DNA of 64,000 nucleotides from an uncultured Planctomycetales bacterium (GTDB lineage Bacteria; Omnitrophota; Gorgyraeia; Zapsychrales; JANLHA01): NCBI GenBank assembly GCA_964374105.1, contig CAYJXI010000006.1, positions 2,177 to 66,176 of the forward strand, read 5' to 3'. Shown piece by piece: positions 61,861 to 64,000 of this stretch (position 1 is its first letter; each line of letters starts with the position of its first letter). The notes under the pieces were generated by a model. It saw only the letters and a program-made list of their open reading frames with translations, ran no database searches and was not told where the DNA came from. The position numbers and the translations under genes were made by a program.

Positions 61861-63900
61861 ATGGGAGAGAGAGACGCCAAACCAATGGTGAGCAAATCCG
61901 ATGTGCCGTTGGGGGTGGGGAACCATAAAACGAAGGTCATAAGGGTTGTCATGACCTTCATTGCTATTGTCTTTTGGGGGCTGTTGATTTATTCCAATAC
62001 CTTCACCGTCCCTTTTTATTTTGACGATTATTTTACTATTGTTGAAAATCCGCTCATCAAAAATATCAAAAGTCTTATGCCCTTATGGAAGTTTGACCCT
62101 TCCCGGTTTTTAACCCATCTTTCTTTTGCCCTTAATTTTTATCTTCATGGAGTAGAATTATGGGGATATCACGGTGTGAATCTCCTCCTGCATCTTTCGA
62201 TAACGTGCCTTTATTATCATTTTCTCAATTTGATTCTCACTAAAACGGATTTCGCTAAAAGGGATGACCATTTCCCCATCCGATGGGTTATTTTTTTCGC
62301 CAGTTGGATCTTTTTATGTCATCCCTTGCAGACCCAATCGGTGACTTATATCTCCCAACGTTCTACGTTATTAGCCAGTTTTTTTTATTTACTGACACTC
62401 ATTTTTTATATTCATTTCCGATTATCAGGGAAGGCGCATTTTTATTACCTGGGTTTTTCCGCCAACATCCTAGGATTATTTACTAAACCGATCATTGTGA
62501 CTTTGCCCTTAGCCATGATTTTGGTGGAAATATTTTCTTTTGGATTTCTTAAGAAGAAAAATCGCAGAGGTTTGATGGAAATACTGCCCTACGGGCTTAT
62601 TGCCATCATTGTGCCTTTTCTATTAATGTTATGGAGGTATAAGTTTGTCGAATTCGATTTCCTTTCAGAAATCACAAAAGAAACCTTTAAGATCGGTCGA
62701 TATGAATACCTTTTGACTCAATTCAATGTGTTTATGACCTATCTTCGATTATTATTTATCCCTGTCAACCAAAGTCTAGATTATGATTATCCGATTGCCC
62801 ATAGTTTGTTGAGTTTGCCAACATTTTTTTCTTTTCTTATGGTTTGTCTGTTTTCTATTTCGGCCTTTCTTTTGTTTAAAAAAGAAAAGGGAATTTCCTT
62901 TGGAATGTTTTGGATGGGCTTAACCTTGAGTGTTGAATCAAGTGTTTTTCCTATTTCTGATGTCATCAATGAACACAGGCTTTATTTGCCGATGGTCGGA
63001 TTCGCCTTGATGATGGCTTTCCTTTTCAAACGATTATTGAAAACCCATCGCATTTATCTTTATGTTATGTGTTTGATCGTTTTTATTTTTTCAGGATTAA
63101 CCTATAAAAGAAATGAGGCCTGGGGTAATATCAAGGGTTTTCATGAACAGATGATCCACCGATTCCCTAAGAAGGCCAGGCTTCATAATAACTTAGGAAA
63201 TATTTATTGTCTTTTTCAAAAAGATTATCCAGCCGCAGAAAAGGCTTACCTAAAAGCCATAGAATTGGATTCGCATTATTGTTTTGCCTATAACAATCTG
63301 GCCAACATTTATATGCAACAGAAAAGAATCGAAGAAGCCATTCAAACCTTTCAAAAGGCCATTGAAGCCGATCCTCAATTTGCGGGATCCTATTTTAATT
63401 TGGGTAATCTCTACTGTCTTTATTTTCCTAAGAAAATGAATGAGGCGGCAAAGTATTTTCTTAAAGCCCTAGAGATCAATCCTTATTATGTCGCGGCCAT
63501 GCTTGGCTTAGGGCAGATTTATTTAAACATGGGTGATGGTACTCGGGCCAAATTTTATTTTGATTTGGCTGGGAACATAGAACCTTCTAACAGTCTGGTT
63601 TATCAATGCTTGGGAAATTTGTATGTTCAGACTCGAAAATTTGATTTGGCTATTCATTCTTACGAAGAAGCCTTAAGAAGAAATCCTCGTTTGCCTGTTG
63701 TGCATAATAATCTTGGCAATATTTATGATATCTTGGGAGATGTTTCGAGGGCGATCAAGGAATATGAAAGGGCAATCTCCTTAGATCCGCAATTCGCGGG
63801 GGCGTATTTTAATCTGGCAAAAATTTTAAGAAAAACAGGGGATCAAACCAGAGCGGAAGGATATGAAAGTCGGTATAAGCAATTGTTGGAGGGACAATAA
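61861..63900 (+). CDS. TMTC-like membrane protein paralog (DUF1736 plus TPR), tandem to the previous gene
   Basis: FYFDDYFTIVENPLIK and the same architecture. It begins 4 nt after the upstream stop. Confidence 0.6.
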   Translation: MGERDAKPMVSKSDVPLGVGNHKTKVIRVVMTFIAIVFWGLLIYSNTFTVPFYFDDYFTIVENPLIKNIKSLMPLWKFDPSRFLTHLSFALNFYLHGVELWGYHGVNLLLHLSITCLYYHFLNLILTKTDFAKRDDHFPIRWVIFFASWIFLCHPLQTQSVTYISQRSTLLASFFYLLTLIFYIHFRLSGKAHFYYLGFSANILGLFTKPIIVTLPLAMILVEIFSFGFLKKKNRRGLMEILPYGLIAIIVPFLLMLWRYKFVEFDFLSEITKETFKIGRYEYLLTQFNVFMTYLRLLFIPVNQSLDYDYPIAHSLLSLPTFFSFLMVCLFSISAFLLFKKEKGISFGMFWMGLTLSVESSVFPISDVINEHRLYLPMVGFALMMAFLFKRLLKTHRIYLYVMCLIVFIFSGLTYKRNEAWGNIKGFHEQMIHRFPKKARLHNNLGNIYCLFQKDYPAAEKAYLKAIELDSHYCFAYNNLANIYMQQKRIEEAIQTFQKAIEADPQFAGSYFNLGNLYCLYFPKKMNEAAKYFLKALEINPYYVAAMLGLGQIYLNMGDGTRAKFYFDLAGNIEPSNSLVYQCLGNLYVQTRKFDLAIHSYEEALRRNPRLPVVHNNLGNIYDILGDVSRAIKEYERAISLDPQFAGAYFNLAKILRKTGDQTRAEGYESRYKQLLEGQ

Positions 63901-64000
63901 TCATTTCCCAATGAGTGAGATTTCGAAAATTCTGATTTGAAGAATGGCATCTAAATATGTTAAAATTACTTCGTTGAAATTTTTAAATTAAAGAAGGTTG

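Noticed and set aside
1-64000. CRISPR arrays, rRNA and tRNA genes
   Set aside because: No regularly spaced 25-40-nt direct repeats with unique spacers were seen. No rRNA-like conserved blocks or tRNA cloverleaves were seen.

Overview
Low-GC bacterial window, probably from an uncultivated or metagenomic lineage; the abundance of secreted HEAT, TPR, ankyrin, dockerin and PEP-CTERM proteins points that way by inference only. No rRNA, tRNA or CRISPR array was recognised. It divides into four parts. (1) 1-6780 is a same-strand array of short, unrelated cassette-like genes enriched for defence, toxin-antitoxin and phage functions. They comprise a metzincin fragment, a zinc-ribbon protein, a RusA-like resolvase, a wHTH-nucleotidyltransferase with an adjacent HEPN protein, a Ymh/TIGR02391-type HEPN protein, HicB plus a frameshifted HicA, a standalone Mrr_N protein and an ORF6N/KilA-N remnant. 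The genes are separated by recurring structured intergenic repeats, which gives an integron-like cassette-array appearance, but no integrase or canonical attC site is visible. (2) 9770-14520 is a rearranged segment. A 250-bp perfect direct repeat, which duplicates the promoter and first nine codons of a MORN lipoprotein gene, flanks a signal-peptide Gly-rich repeat protein with a C-terminal tail-fibre intramolecular-chaperone (S74) domain and an ISL3-family IS. The IS transposase is interrupted by an in-frame stop. (3) 14492-37800 is a secretome cluster. It holds a MORN lipoprotein, a 3371-aa giant protein (coiled coil, Cys-rich modules, Gly/Pro low complexity, six tandem DPC-bounded about 80-aa repeats, YD-like repeats, and two duplicated C-terminal HExxH zincin-like modules), an S8 subtilase that shares the same Cys-rich module, a small Cys-rich secreted protein, a HEAT-repeat protein, a PEP-CTERM protein, and a convergent pair of dockerin-bearing enzymes (an HExxH metalloprotease and a di-haem cytochrome c peroxidase-like protein). 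(4) 38000-64000 is mostly housekeeping: STAS protein, NlpC/P60 peptidase, esterase, dipeptide epimerase plus DUF819 membrane protein, ankyrin protein, trxA, panD, def, lipA, mlaEFD, MscS, YggT, YbaB, and two tandem TMTC-like (DUF1736 plus TPR) membrane proteins. The strongest novelty candidates are the repeat-delimited defence cassette array, the giant protein with twin metallopeptidase-like modules and its companion subtilase, the dockerin pair, and the IS-associated tail-fibre-like cargo flanked by a duplicated promoter.
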